Positions 19,127 through 27,939 of a stretch of 64,000 nt of DNA are shown here, in pieces; within the stretch, counting starts at the first letter, position 1; each line of letters starts with the position of its first letter. The notes under the pieces are model-generated. The model saw only the letters and a list, made by a program, of their open reading frames with translations, had not been told where the DNA came from and ran no database searches. A program made the translations under genes and the position numbers. Location: contig JAAYPO010000081.1 in NCBI GenBank assembly GCA_012519745.1, forward strand, positions 5,096-69,095, in the 5' to 3' direction. This stretch comes from Clostridiaceae bacterium (GTDB taxonomy: Bacteria > Bacillota > Clostridia > Acetivibrionales > DTU013).

Positions 19127-20086
19127 ATGAAGATAGTAATTTTAGACGGATATACTGAAAATCCCGGCGATCTCAGCTGGGAAGGCTTTGAGTCTCTCGG
19201 CGAGCTTGTGGTCTATGACCGCACAAAGCAGGAGGATATTATTCCGAGAATAGGAAATGCTGAAATAGTGATAACTAATAAAACCCCCCTGGACAAAAAA
19301 GTATTTGAAGCCTGTCCATCAATAAAATATGTCGGTGTCCTGGCTACCGGCTATAATGTAGTTGATATTGAAGCTGCAAAGGAAAGAAACATACCGGTCT
19401 CCAACATCCCCACATACGGTACTGCAGCTGTTGCTCAATACACATTCGCTTTGCTGCTGGAGATATGTCACCATGTAGGAAAGCATAATGATGCCGTCAA
19501 ATCAGGGAAATGGACTTCCTGTCCCGATTTCTGCTTCTGGGATTATCCACTTATCGAGCTGGCAGGAAAAACCTTTGGGTGTATCGGTTACGGAAGGATT
19601 GGCCAGAACGCCGGAAAACTGGCCCAGTGCTTTGGTATGAAGGTAATTGCCTATGACGAGTACCAAAACAAGGAGCTTGAGAACGAGAACATGCGGTATG
19701 TCGATCTCGACACACTTCTTGCAGAGTCAGATGTGATTTCACTGCACTGCCCTCTTCTGCCGTCAACAAATGGCATCATCAACAAGGATACCATTGCAAA
19801 AATGAAAGATGGCGTGATAATCATAAACACATCCAGAGGCCCGCTGATAGTGGAAGAGGACCTCAAAAAGGGACTTGTCGATGGCAAAATATATTATGCG
19901 GCCGTGGATGTGGTATCGTCAGAGCCCATCTCGGAAGACAACCCGCTGCTGACAGCGCCTAACTGCATCATCACACCTCACATCGCATGGGCGCCGAAGG
20001 AGAGCCGCAAACGGCTGCTGGACATAGCAGTCAGCAACCTGGAAGCCTATCTGTCCGGCAAGCCTGTCAATGTTGTCAACGGCTGA
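19127..20086 (+). CDS. D-isomer-specific 2-hydroxyacid dehydrogenase (glycerate/hydroxypyruvate reductase-like)
   Basis: GCIGYGRIGQ NAD-binding motif. INTSRG...D and TPHIAW catalytic motifs. Confidence 0.88.
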   Translation: MKIVILDGYTENPGDLSWEGFESLGELVVYDRTKQEDIIPRIGNAEIVITNKTPLDKKVFEACPSIKYVGVLATGYNVVDIEAAKERNIPVSNIPTYGTAAVAQYTFALLLEICHHVGKHNDAVKSGKWTSCPDFCFWDYPLIELAGKTFGCIGYGRIGQNAGKLAQCFGMKVIAYDEYQNKELENENMRYVDLDTLLAESDVISLHCPLLPSTNGIINKDTIAKMKDGVIIINTSRGPLIVEEDLKKGLVDGKIYYAAVDVVSSEPISEDNPLLTAPNCIITPHIAWAPKESRKRLLDIAVSNLEAYLSGKPVNVVNG

Positions 20087-20089
20087 GCC

Positions 20090-20270
20090 GCTGCGGCCGT
20101 TGGGCCGTTGGGCTGCTGGGCCGTTGGGCCGCTGGGCCGCTGGGCCGCTGGGCCGTTGGGCTGCTGGGCCGCTGGGCCGCTGGGCTGGCTTGGCCGTTGG
20201 ACCGCTGGGCCGCTGGGCTGCTGGGCTGATGGGCTGGCTTGGCCGGCTGAGACGTTACAGCAATTAGTGT
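20090..20270. repeat. GC-rich 9-bp tandem repeat array (about 20 units; consensus GGGCCGYTG)
   Basis: Directly visible periodicity. It starts just after the TGA stop at 20084-20086. It is flanked by a 14-bp direct repeat TGAGCCGCTGCGGC at 20084-20097 and 20283-20296. Confidence 0.9.
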
Positions 20271-20324
20271 TTTCAACCACTTGAGCCGCTGCGGCAGCTA
20301 ATGATAATTGTATAGCATGAACAC

Positions 20325-20372
20325 AAAAATCCGTCTAAGAGATAACTCCAATTTCTCCTGGACGGATTTTTA
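20325..20372 (+). terminator. Hairpin with flanking A- and T-runs (possible bidirectional terminator)
   Basis: AAAAATCCGTC, a 24 nt loop, then GACGGATTTTT. The loop is large, so confidence is moderate. Confidence 0.45.
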
Positions 20373-20580
20373 TTATGATTTACAGGCAAACTTGACCGAC
20401 TTCCACGGCTGTGAAACTACAGTGTTCAGAAATTCAAGTAAAGTGTGCTTTTTAGGAAATAATTATGAAATTTTTCCATGAATCGTATACATAATAGTGG
20501 TGCATGGAGGTATATGTTAACTCATCATTGGGAAATAATACACTAAACCTGCATTTTGGAACAATGCGAAACGGAAATAA

Positions 20581-20982
20581 TTATTTCCCGATCATACCGA
20601 CTGCCTCGTCGATATACTGCTGCAGTGTCAGCTGAGGCACACCTGCAATCTGGATATTGCATTTGTTTACGGGAATGAGCACCTTTTTTGCCGGGCTTTC
20701 GGCAACGGCCGCAGCCATGGCGGGTGTCAGCTCGCCCAGCATTGAGTTTGCGGCAACGATACCGATGGCACCCATAATGATATCAGCTTTCGATGAATTG
20801 TATACGATAGCATTCTCGCCGGTGGCGCCCTCATCAGCACCGGCCTTGAGCATGGCAGCGGTTGCCAGAGTATTGGTCCCAAGCGCTGTTATCACGACTG
20901 TTTTTCCGTATCTCTCCCTCAGGCTCTCTACTATGGCGCGGCCCATCCCGCCTCCCTGGCCGTCAATTACCGCGATTTTCAT
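20581..20982 (-). CDS. Conserved hypothetical protein (DUF3842-like)
   Basis: The MKIAVIDGQGGGMGRAIVE... N-terminus is as I recall for DUF3842 proteins of Clostridia. The family recall is not verified. Confidence 0.5.
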   Translation of the reverse strand: MKIAVIDGQGGGMGRAIVESLRERYGKTVVITALGTNTLATAAMLKAGADEGATGENAIVYNSSKADIIMGAIGIVAANSMLGELTPAMAAAVAESPAKKVLIPVNKCNIQIAGVPQLTLQQYIDEAVGMIGK

Positions 20983-21071
20983 AGTTCCCTCCACACCTTG
21001 TAAATCAACCAAGTTTATAACGCATCGTTATTTCATTATATCAAAAAACATATAGCAAAGTCATCAGCTTA

Positions 21072-22244
21072 TCATGCCGTTATTTCCCCTGCCTTTTTCA
21101 AAGCGACCTTTGTTATTGCCGGCCCAACCATCTCATATATGAATGTGGCACTGAGAATGACTGCACGTATTGTCTGCCCATACTCGGGAAGCATCTGTGC
21201 CGCCATGAGCGAAAGGCCTATGGCAACACCTGCTTGCGGAACAAGCGAAAATCCAATATATTTTCTGACTGCTTCAGGTGCTTTCATTATCATGGCACCC
21301 AAGGAAGCACCGCCTACCTTTCCTATGACCCTGCAGACAATATAAAGGATCCCGATCAATCCGATTTTCGGCAGAACCGTTATGTCAAGCTCCATTCCCG
21401 ATACAACGAAAAACATCAGGAATATGGGCGGAGTAATACTGTCAGTCAGCTTGAGTATGGAATCACCGGACTTGCTGACATTGACCAGCATTGCTCCCAG
21501 CGACATGCAAATCAGCAGCGGAGACAGCCCCAGCATCGTCGCCAGCGAGCTGCCCAAAAACACGAATCCGGCTGTTATTATGAGTCGGTTTGATTCCTTC
21601 TTGAAAAATCGCAGTGGAATAGTGAACAGCACACCCAGTATGAAGCCTGCTAACAGTGATCCAAGTATCTCGATGAATGGCTTTAAAATTGAAATGGCAA
21701 GCGATACTTCACCGGGACGCTGCATCATATTGACTATTGCTACTGAGAATCCGAAAGCTATAAGCGCAACCGCGTCATCCAGTGCGACTACACTCAGAAG
21801 AGTGTTGGTAACAGGCCCCTTTGCCTTGTACTGCCTGACCACCATAATAGTTGCCGCCGGTGCTGTCGCTGAAGCGATCGCTCCCAGCAGTAACGAGATC
21901 TCTATGCCAAAGCCAAACAGTGTAAGTACCAATGTGACTACCAGAGTAGCAGCCAGTCCTTCCATGATCGCTATGACTATCGGCATCATACCGACTTTTT
22001 TCAGGTAGCTGAGCTTGAATTCAGATCCTATGGAAAACGCTATAAATGAAAGCGCGATCTCGGATACCAGCCCCAGACCCTCTACCAGATCCAGCGGGAC
22101 CAGCTTCAAAACATATGGGCCTATCAATAGGCCTGCAATGAGGTATCCTGTCACATTCGGCAGTTTTAACAGCTTTACGGCACGACCAAATATAAGCCCT
22201 GTGAACAATATCAGTGCCAGATAAAAAAGTGTATTCAGGTGCAT
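21072..22244 (-). CDS. Cation:proton antiporter (CPA1/CPA2, Na+/H+ exchanger family)
   Basis: 390 aa with about 11-12 TM segments. N-terminus LPNVTGYLIAGLLIGPYVL is typical of Kef/NapA-type exchangers. Confidence 0.8.
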   Translation of the reverse strand: MHLNTLFYLALILFTGLIFGRAVKLLKLPNVTGYLIAGLLIGPYVLKLVPLDLVEGLGLVSEIALSFIAFSIGSEFKLSYLKKVGMMPIVIAIMEGLAATLVVTLVLTLFGFGIEISLLLGAIASATAPAATIMVVRQYKAKGPVTNTLLSVVALDDAVALIAFGFSVAIVNMMQRPGEVSLAISILKPFIEILGSLLAGFILGVLFTIPLRFFKKESNRLIITAGFVFLGSSLATMLGLSPLLICMSLGAMLVNVSKSGDSILKLTDSITPPIFLMFFVVSGMELDITVLPKIGLIGILYIVCRVIGKVGGASLGAMIMKAPEAVRKYIGFSLVPQAGVAIGLSLMAAQMLPEYGQTIRAVILSATFIYEMVGPAITKVALKKAGEITA

Positions 22245-22247
22245 ATA

Positions 22248-22586
22248 CTATAATTCAACTCCTTCTGCGCTAAGAACAGGCAGCGTGAAAATAACAGCAG
22301 AATCGGGCTTTGACAGGTCTCCAACCACTTCGCGTATGATCTTCTTTGCTTCCTCCGTTTTCTCTTCTCTTAGTGCCATAAATAATGTTTTGCTCTCTTT
22401 GCGGTCAGGGTCGATAAGCATCCGCAATGTACCGAAAAACGGAAGATCCTCATTGCTTTTTGTCAGTTCGCGAACCATCCCTGTACTGTTCAATATTGTT
22501 GCTCCGCAAATACCCTGCTCCATCAGCCTTTCAAGCAGAGTGTCGAGAACCTCGACTTTGTTCAATACCATAACTAACAACTGCAT
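22248..22586 (-). CDS. Small P-II-like protein coupled to the antiporter gene
   Basis: 112 aa with a beta-alpha-beta N-terminus (MQLLVMVLNKVEVLDTLLERLMEQGICGATIL). A 3-nt gap separates it from the antiporter gene. The family call is tentative. Confidence 0.45.
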   Translation of the reverse strand: MQLLVMVLNKVEVLDTLLERLMEQGICGATILNSTGMVRELTKSNEDLPFFGTLRMLIDPDRKESKTLFMALREEKTEEAKKIIREVVGDLSKPDSAVIFTLPVLSAEGVEL

Positions 22587-22743
22587 CTAATTCACCCCAA
22601 AATCAAAAATAAAGGATTATGCTTTCAACTTCAAAAGTATAACCCTTTATCCCCAATAATGCAAATTATGCTTGCTCCTGCATGATAACATAGATCTACG
22701 ATCTGTACGCCTTCAGCAGTCTGAGCTATTTCTCGTATTCAGG

Positions 22744-22766
22744 GAAAAGACTGGGGTTTCCCCACA
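22744..22766 (-). terminator. Short GC hairpin plus T-run downstream of the PBP gene
   Basis: Minus strand reads TGGGG-AAA-CCCCA followed by GTCTTTTCC. Confidence 0.45.
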
Positions 22767-22814
22767 GAGTATAAAAATCTGATATATTCAATTGAATAGC
22801 CTGGGTATTACATC

Positions 22815-24656
22815 CTAATACCCCTTCTCCAGCATGCCTTTGGCGATCTCGGCGAACACGGGGGCGGCGGACTTGCCGCCAAGGCGGCCGTCTTCGGCGA
22901 AGACGGCTACGGAGTAGCGCGGCTCGGCGGCAGGAAAGTAGCCTGCGAACCATGCGTGGACGATCTCCTCCGAGCCTGTCTCCGCGCTGCCGGTCTTGCC
23001 GCCTGCACCGCCATAATACCCCATTACAGCTTCGGTGCCCGTACCATTCAGTGTCACAGCCTCCATCAGCTCTCTTATTTTGTCCGATGCCTCCTTTGAA
23101 ATAATTCGTTCGCCCTCGCTTTTTTTGATTTGTTTTACAATGCTGCCGCTGCTGTCTACGATGGAATCCACTATATTCACCTTGTTTTTGATGCCGCCAT
23201 TGGCTATAGTCGCTGTCATGTCAGCCACCTGCAGAGGCGTGGCCAGTATCACACCCTGACCGATGGCCATATTGGCTATATCCGCGCTGCTGTAATATGT
23301 ATCCATATCGGGAAGATTTCCTGATGCTTCGGGGACTCCCTGCTCTGAAATGCCGGTTTTGCCGCCGAGCCCAAACTTCCTTGCCATTGCTGTCAAATTC
23401 CTATAACCGATCTTTTGACACAGCTCAATAAAATAAGAGTTGCATGAGAGGGCAAACGCCTTCTCCAGATCTACATCACCATGCCCTCCCTGAAAATATG
23501 AATAGCACTTGAAGATCAGACCGTTTATGTCCACCGCCCCGGTGCAATAATAGTGATCCGGATCATCAAAGCCATGGTAACGGTCGTAGACTCCGAAATC
23601 ATACGGCTCGTATACAAAAGGCATGGTTCCGTATGAGTATCCGTCAAAAAACCTGTATTCATCGCCGGTCTCATTCCCGTGATGTCCTAAGCCGTTCTCA
23701 TTCCTGCCATTGCTCGAACCGCTGCCATCCGCACCGGATTTATCGATATCACCAATTACTATAGTCTCCTTATTCTCAAAGTAAGCGGCAGCATCGATTA
23801 TCTTGAATATAGAGCCCAGATTGTAAGCTGCTGTCGCTTTGTTGAAAAGCTCCTTATCATTGCTGTCCAGATATCTTTCAACTGCGTTCTGGTCAAAGTC
23901 GGGCATGCTGGCCATAGCAAGGATATCCCCTGTAACCACATCCTCCACCACCACTGCACCGGATATCCCGCCATTTTCCATAGCCTCCTCGACTATTCTT
24001 TGTACATGGTAATCCAACGTGAGCTTCACATTCAGCCTTCTGTTGCCGTCGGACCAGCTCTTGAGCTTGTATCCGAAGCCCTTGATGGGTTTCTTCGCCG
24101 CATCGGTCACCGTGCCTATTTCAAAGACGGCATTGTCCCTGAGTACTTTTTCATATGCCTTCTCAATGCCTGCCTGCCCTATCTGGTCGCTTCTGTTGAT
24201 GTAACCCATGACATGCTTTGCCAAAGCTCCCTCATCATATCGCTCCACTGAGTTGATCATGGACACCCATTCTACATTCAGACCTATTACTGCATCATGG
24301 CCTGCTTTATCAGTCTCTATCAAAAACGGTTTGCTTTTTGACGTCACACCATTTAGTATGTCAGCATCAACACCAAGGGCTTCGCAGACTCTTCTCCTCT
24401 CAGTATCGGACTGAGGTATATAAGCTGTCTTTATAAGGGCACTATATTTCTCTTTTCTGTTGGTGAACGGGATGCTGTTGCGGTCCAATATGTTTCCTCT
24501 GATCCTCTCTATGGCAGTGCTGGACACTCTCTGTCTGAAGGCCGCCTCTTCCAGTGACCTGTCGGGCACGAACTGGATGATGGCCACTCTGAGGATCAGC
24601 AAAGTAAAAATGAACAGTATGGTGCCTCCCATAAAATATATCCTTTTCGCAGACAA
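22815..24656 (-). CDS. Class B penicillin-binding protein (transpeptidase; SpoVD/PbpI-like) with an internal insertion
   Basis: N-terminal TM and a PBP dimerisation region. SxxK (GSIFK), SxN (SCN) and KTG (GKTGSAE) motifs. Confidence 0.88.
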   Translation of the reverse strand: MSAKRIYFMGGTILFIFTLLILRVAIIQFVPDRSLEEAAFRQRVSSTAIERIRGNILDRNSIPFTNRKEKYSALIKTAYIPQSDTERRRVCEALGVDADILNGVTSKSKPFLIETDKAGHDAVIGLNVEWVSMINSVERYDEGALAKHVMGYINRSDQIGQAGIEKAYEKVLRDNAVFEIGTVTDAAKKPIKGFGYKLKSWSDGNRRLNVKLTLDYHVQRIVEEAMENGGISGAVVVEDVVTGDILAMASMPDFDQNAVERYLDSNDKELFNKATAAYNLGSIFKIIDAAAYFENKETIVIGDIDKSGADGSGSSNGRNENGLGHHGNETGDEYRFFDGYSYGTMPFVYEPYDFGVYDRYHGFDDPDHYYCTGAVDINGLIFKCYSYFQGGHGDVDLEKAFALSCNSYFIELCQKIGYRNLTAMARKFGLGGKTGISEQGVPEASGNLPDMDTYYSSADIANMAIGQGVILATPLQVADMTATIANGGIKNKVNIVDSIVDSSGSIVKQIKKSEGERIISKEASDKIRELMEAVTLNGTGTEAVMGYYGGAGGKTGSAETGSEEIVHAWFAGYFPAAEPRYSVAVFAEDGRLGGKSAAPVFAEIAKGMLEKGY

Positions 24657-24773
24657 GTAAAAGCCCCCTTCAACGGTATTACTAGAATTCTTGCCGTTTG
24701 AAAGAGGCCATATTCACAAATTGCTGCTTCTCAATATATCATTGCTTAGACTATTCCTGAAAGGAACCGGACC

Positions 24774-26012
24774 CTATTGGCTCTTGCGCCTGAGCATGGC
24801 ATACGGTTCAACAGGCTCCATGGGCATGTATACCGTCATCTGTGGGTGGGGAGCAGCGTCAATGTCCTCACCGTCCTCATTCTTCATGGATGTCACCTTG
24901 TGGATGTCAAATGGCCCTTTCGGGCTGACCACCTCCAGCTCGTCACCAATGACAAACCTGTTCCGCTGCTCGATGGTAGCAATTCCTGAAGCACTGTCAT
25001 ATGAGGTGACCAGACCGACAAAATCATACTCTCTGATATAGGAGCTGGACTCATATATCTGCCCCCTGCCGCTGGGCTTTTCGTCAAAAAAGCCTGTGGT
25101 GTACTCCCTGTGGCTTGCCTTGGACATCTCTTTTATCCAGGACTTATAAAATACATATCCTTCCGGGTCGGCAATATAGGAGTCCAAAGCCTCCCTGTAC
25201 GCTTTCACCACCGTTGCCACATAGTAGGAGCTCTTCATCCTGCCCTCTATCTTCAGGCTTGTGATACCGCTGCCTATGATGTCCGGCAGGCGGTCTATCA
25301 GGCACAGATCCTTCGAGTTGAATATATATGTGCCCCTCTCATCTTCATACACAGGCATGTATTCTCCCGGCCGTTTTTCCTCCACCAGATGGTACTTCCA
25401 TCTGCAGGGGTGGGCACAAAGTCCTCTGTTTGCATCACGGCCTGCCATGTAATTGCTCAGAAGGCATCTGCCGGAATAGGATATACACATCGCTCCATGG
25501 ACAAACATCTCAAGCTCAAGGTCCTTCGGAACATTTTTCCTGATCTCCCTGATCTCACCGAGCGAAAGCTCTCTGGCAAGTATGATCCTCTTCACACCCT
25601 GACGGTGCCAGAATGCTGCGCTCCTCCAGTTGGTGTTGTTTGCCTGGGTACTCAGGTGCAGCTCCATATCGGGTGCCACCTGGCGCAGCATGTCAAAAAT
25701 ACCGGGATCCGAAAAAATAACGGCATCCGCTCCCATGTCCCTCAACTTCCGGATATATTCAGGCATACCGTCGAAATCCTCATTGTGAGGGATAATATTC
25801 ATCGTTACATATACCTTTTTGCCCCGGCTGTGGGCAAAGCTGATGCCCTCCTTCATCTCATCTGAGCCGAAATTGCCTGCAGAAGCTCTCAGGCCGAATT
25901 CCTCTCCCCCCAGATATACCGCATCGGCGCCGTATATGATCGCCATCTTCAGCTTTTCAAGATTGCCGGCAGGCGCCAGCAATTCGATCCTGCCCGTTGG
26001 TCGCACGCTCAT
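24774..26012 (-). CDS. U32 family peptidase-like protein
   Basis: ELLAPAGN...AIIYGADAVYLGG N-terminus and U32 core motifs. It lies in the conserved mltG / O-methyltransferase / U32 neighbourhood (yrrL-yrrO in B. subtilis). Confidence 0.85.
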   Translation of the reverse strand: MSVRPTGRIELLAPAGNLEKLKMAIIYGADAVYLGGEEFGLRASAGNFGSDEMKEGISFAHSRGKKVYVTMNIIPHNEDFDGMPEYIRKLRDMGADAVIFSDPGIFDMLRQVAPDMELHLSTQANNTNWRSAAFWHRQGVKRIILARELSLGEIREIRKNVPKDLELEMFVHGAMCISYSGRCLLSNYMAGRDANRGLCAHPCRWKYHLVEEKRPGEYMPVYEDERGTYIFNSKDLCLIDRLPDIIGSGITSLKIEGRMKSSYYVATVVKAYREALDSYIADPEGYVFYKSWIKEMSKASHREYTTGFFDEKPSGRGQIYESSSYIREYDFVGLVTSYDSASGIATIEQRNRFVIGDELEVVSPKGPFDIHKVTSMKNEDGEDIDAAPHPQMTVYMPMEPVEPYAMLRRKSQ

Positions 26013-26668
26013 TTGTCCATCTCCGTTTCCCTTCGCTTGTATGACAGAGCCACTCCATCACCCACAGGCAATATGCTTGTATCCAGCATGGGATCGCTGC
26101 ATATGCTGTCCAGGAATGACCGCATCCTGTTGACTATTGTTTTCTTCCTTCTGACCACCGGCTCATCACCGGCCACCATCCCCTTGTAAAGTACGTTGTC
26201 ACACACCAGAAGCCCGCCGTCTTTCAGCATTCTCAGGCATTCTGGCAAAAACTCCGGATACTGTCCCTTTGCTGCATCCATGAAGATCATATCGTACTTT
26301 TTGTCCAGACACCTCAGGACCTCTGCCGCATCTCCGGCTATCACAGCGATAGTATCTGCCAACCCGGCTCTTTTAATGTTTTCATGGGCTTTTATGACCA
26401 TCTCTTCGTTGCGCTCGATGGTGTCGATCCTGCCTCCGGCTGCCAGTATACCTGACAACAGTATGGAAGAATATCCTATAGCCGTACCTATCTCAAGTAT
26501 CCTGCCCGGTTTTACCAGCCTGCCCAATACAATGAGCAGACTTGCGGTCTCGGGCTTTATGATCGGCACATGATGGGCCGCCGCATATTGTTCGAGTTCA
26601 AGCAGCAGCCCCTCTCCGGGTCTCAATATTTTTCTGACGTAATCATTTGCTCCATCCGGTCCTTGCAT
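26009..26668 (-). CDS. Class I SAM-dependent O-methyltransferase (YrrM/TrmR-like)
   Basis: ILEIGTAIGYS SAM motif and DMIFMDAAK. A 4-nt overlap with the U32 gene. Confidence 0.8.
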   Translation of the reverse strand: MQGPDGANDYVRKILRPGEGLLLELEQYAAAHHVPIIKPETASLLIVLGRLVKPGRILEIGTAIGYSSILLSGILAAGGRIDTIERNEEMVIKAHENIKRAGLADTIAVIAGDAAEVLRCLDKKYDMIFMDAAKGQYPEFLPECLRMLKDGGLLVCDNVLYKGMVAGDEPVVRRKKTIVNRMRSFLDSICSDPMLDTSILPVGDGVALSYKRRETEMDK

Positions 26669-26714
26669 GGTATCCCTTTCAAAATAAAGAGGCTGCCGCG
26701 GGCAGCCCCTGATA

Positions 26715-27896
26715 TCACTTCTGTGAATACTTCTTTATGTTTGCCTGATGCTCCTTGAAGGTCCTTGCAAAGGCATGCCCCCCTGTGCCATCCCCCTTGG
26801 CCACATAATAGAGGTAATTTGTACTGTCGGGGTTCACCGCAGCCTTTATCGAAGCTTCGCCCGGGCAGCTTATCGGTCCCGGAGGAAGGCCTTCATACAG
26901 GTAGGTGTTGTACGGGTCATCTATTTCCAGATCCTCATAAAGCACTCTGTCCTTGTAGGAGCCCGTTTTATTCAGCAATATATACTGTATCGTCGCATCG
27001 ACCTGCAGCTTTCGTAATGTCTTATCCTTGTTGGTCAGCCTGTTGTAGAGGACGCCTGCGATAATATGGCGGTCATCCGGGTCCCTTGCTTCCCTTTCTA
27101 TTATGGATGCCATGATCACGACCTTATCCATTGTCATTTCCACAGGCAGATCGGCCATCATATCCCTGTACTGCTGCTTGAATTTCTTGTCGAAATTGTC
27201 CAGCATCTTTGTGAGTACTTCGCGGTTGCTTGCATTATAATCGTATTCATAGGTGTCCGGGAACAGGTATCCCTCAAGTCTGTATTTCCTGTCAGGCAGT
27301 CCCTTGAGGAAATCGTAGTCAAACTCCTCAGTGTTGGCTGCTTTTATGAACGCTTCCTTGTCCTTTATTATCTTGTTGTTGTAAAGTATGTCCACTATCT
27401 GAGTAAAGGTCTTGCCCTCGGGTATCATGACCTTCCTTGTCACCGCATTGGAGGAAAGCACCCTCATCATCTCATCATAGGTCAGATCCTTCCTGACTAT
27501 GTGTGTGCCAGACTTGTATGTTCCGTCATATCCATTGATCTTGGAGAGCAGCTTGAATACGGTCTCATTCTGGATCAAACCGTTTTCCATAAGCTTTTTG
27601 GCTATTTGGGTGGTAGAGGCGCCCCTCTCCACAACAAATTCCACACCCTGGCTTTCATCAATGACTATCTCGGGACGTGTGCTGGCATCCAGATAATTCT
27701 TCATCACGTAGTCATATGAAATAGTGGCGCAGACCACTCCTACAGCTATCAGAAACACAACTACAAACAGAAATATAGTAAACCGTTTAAGCTTTTTATA
27801 CTTCTTTTTTTTCGGCGCTTTGGCAGACTTCGTGCTCTTTTTGACTGCACCTGCAGTTTTGGCTTTTCCTTCACCTCTTATATCCTGCCAATCCAT
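26715..27896 (-). CDS. mltG: Endolytic murein transglycosylase MltG (YceG-like)
   Basis: N-terminal TM and a YceG domain (..LEGYLFPDTYEY.., ..ASIIEREA..). AGGAGG lies 7 nt upstream of the ATG at 27896. Confidence 0.88.
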   Translation of the reverse strand: MDWQDIRGEGKAKTAGAVKKSTKSAKAPKKKKYKKLKRFTIFLFVVVFLIAVGVVCATISYDYVMKNYLDASTRPEIVIDESQGVEFVVERGASTTQIAKKLMENGLIQNETVFKLLSKINGYDGTYKSGTHIVRKDLTYDEMMRVLSSNAVTRKVMIPEGKTFTQIVDILYNNKIIKDKEAFIKAANTEEFDYDFLKGLPDRKYRLEGYLFPDTYEYDYNASNREVLTKMLDNFDKKFKQQYRDMMADLPVEMTMDKVVIMASIIEREARDPDDRHIIAGVLYNRLTNKDKTLRKLQVDATIQYILLNKTGSYKDRVLYEDLEIDDPYNTYLYEGLPPGPISCPGEASIKAAVNPDSTNYLYYVAKGDGTGGHAFARTFKEHQANIKKYSQK

Positions 27897-27939
27897 AATG
27901 TTACCTCCTGCATAATCCCGACACAATGCCTGATGCCCT

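Noticed and set aside
20047-20280. Four ORFs (65-80 aa) encoding Pro/Ala/Gly/Trp repeat peptides on both strands.
   Set aside because: They are artefacts of the 9-bp tandem array, which is open in every frame. They have no RBS and overlap the dehydrogenase 3' end.
22783-22796. A perfect 14-bp palindrome, TATTCAATTGAATA, downstream of the PBP gene.
   Set aside because: It is a single AT-rich palindrome with no second site or recognisable operator consensus. The evidence is too weak to call a regulatory site.
22726-22953. Arg-rich 75-aa ORF (MVRRLLSCRRAALLRSRLRRRRPP...).
   Set aside because: It is an out-of-frame shadow of the GC-rich, conserved KTG-motif end of the PBP gene on the same strand. 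There are no independent signals.
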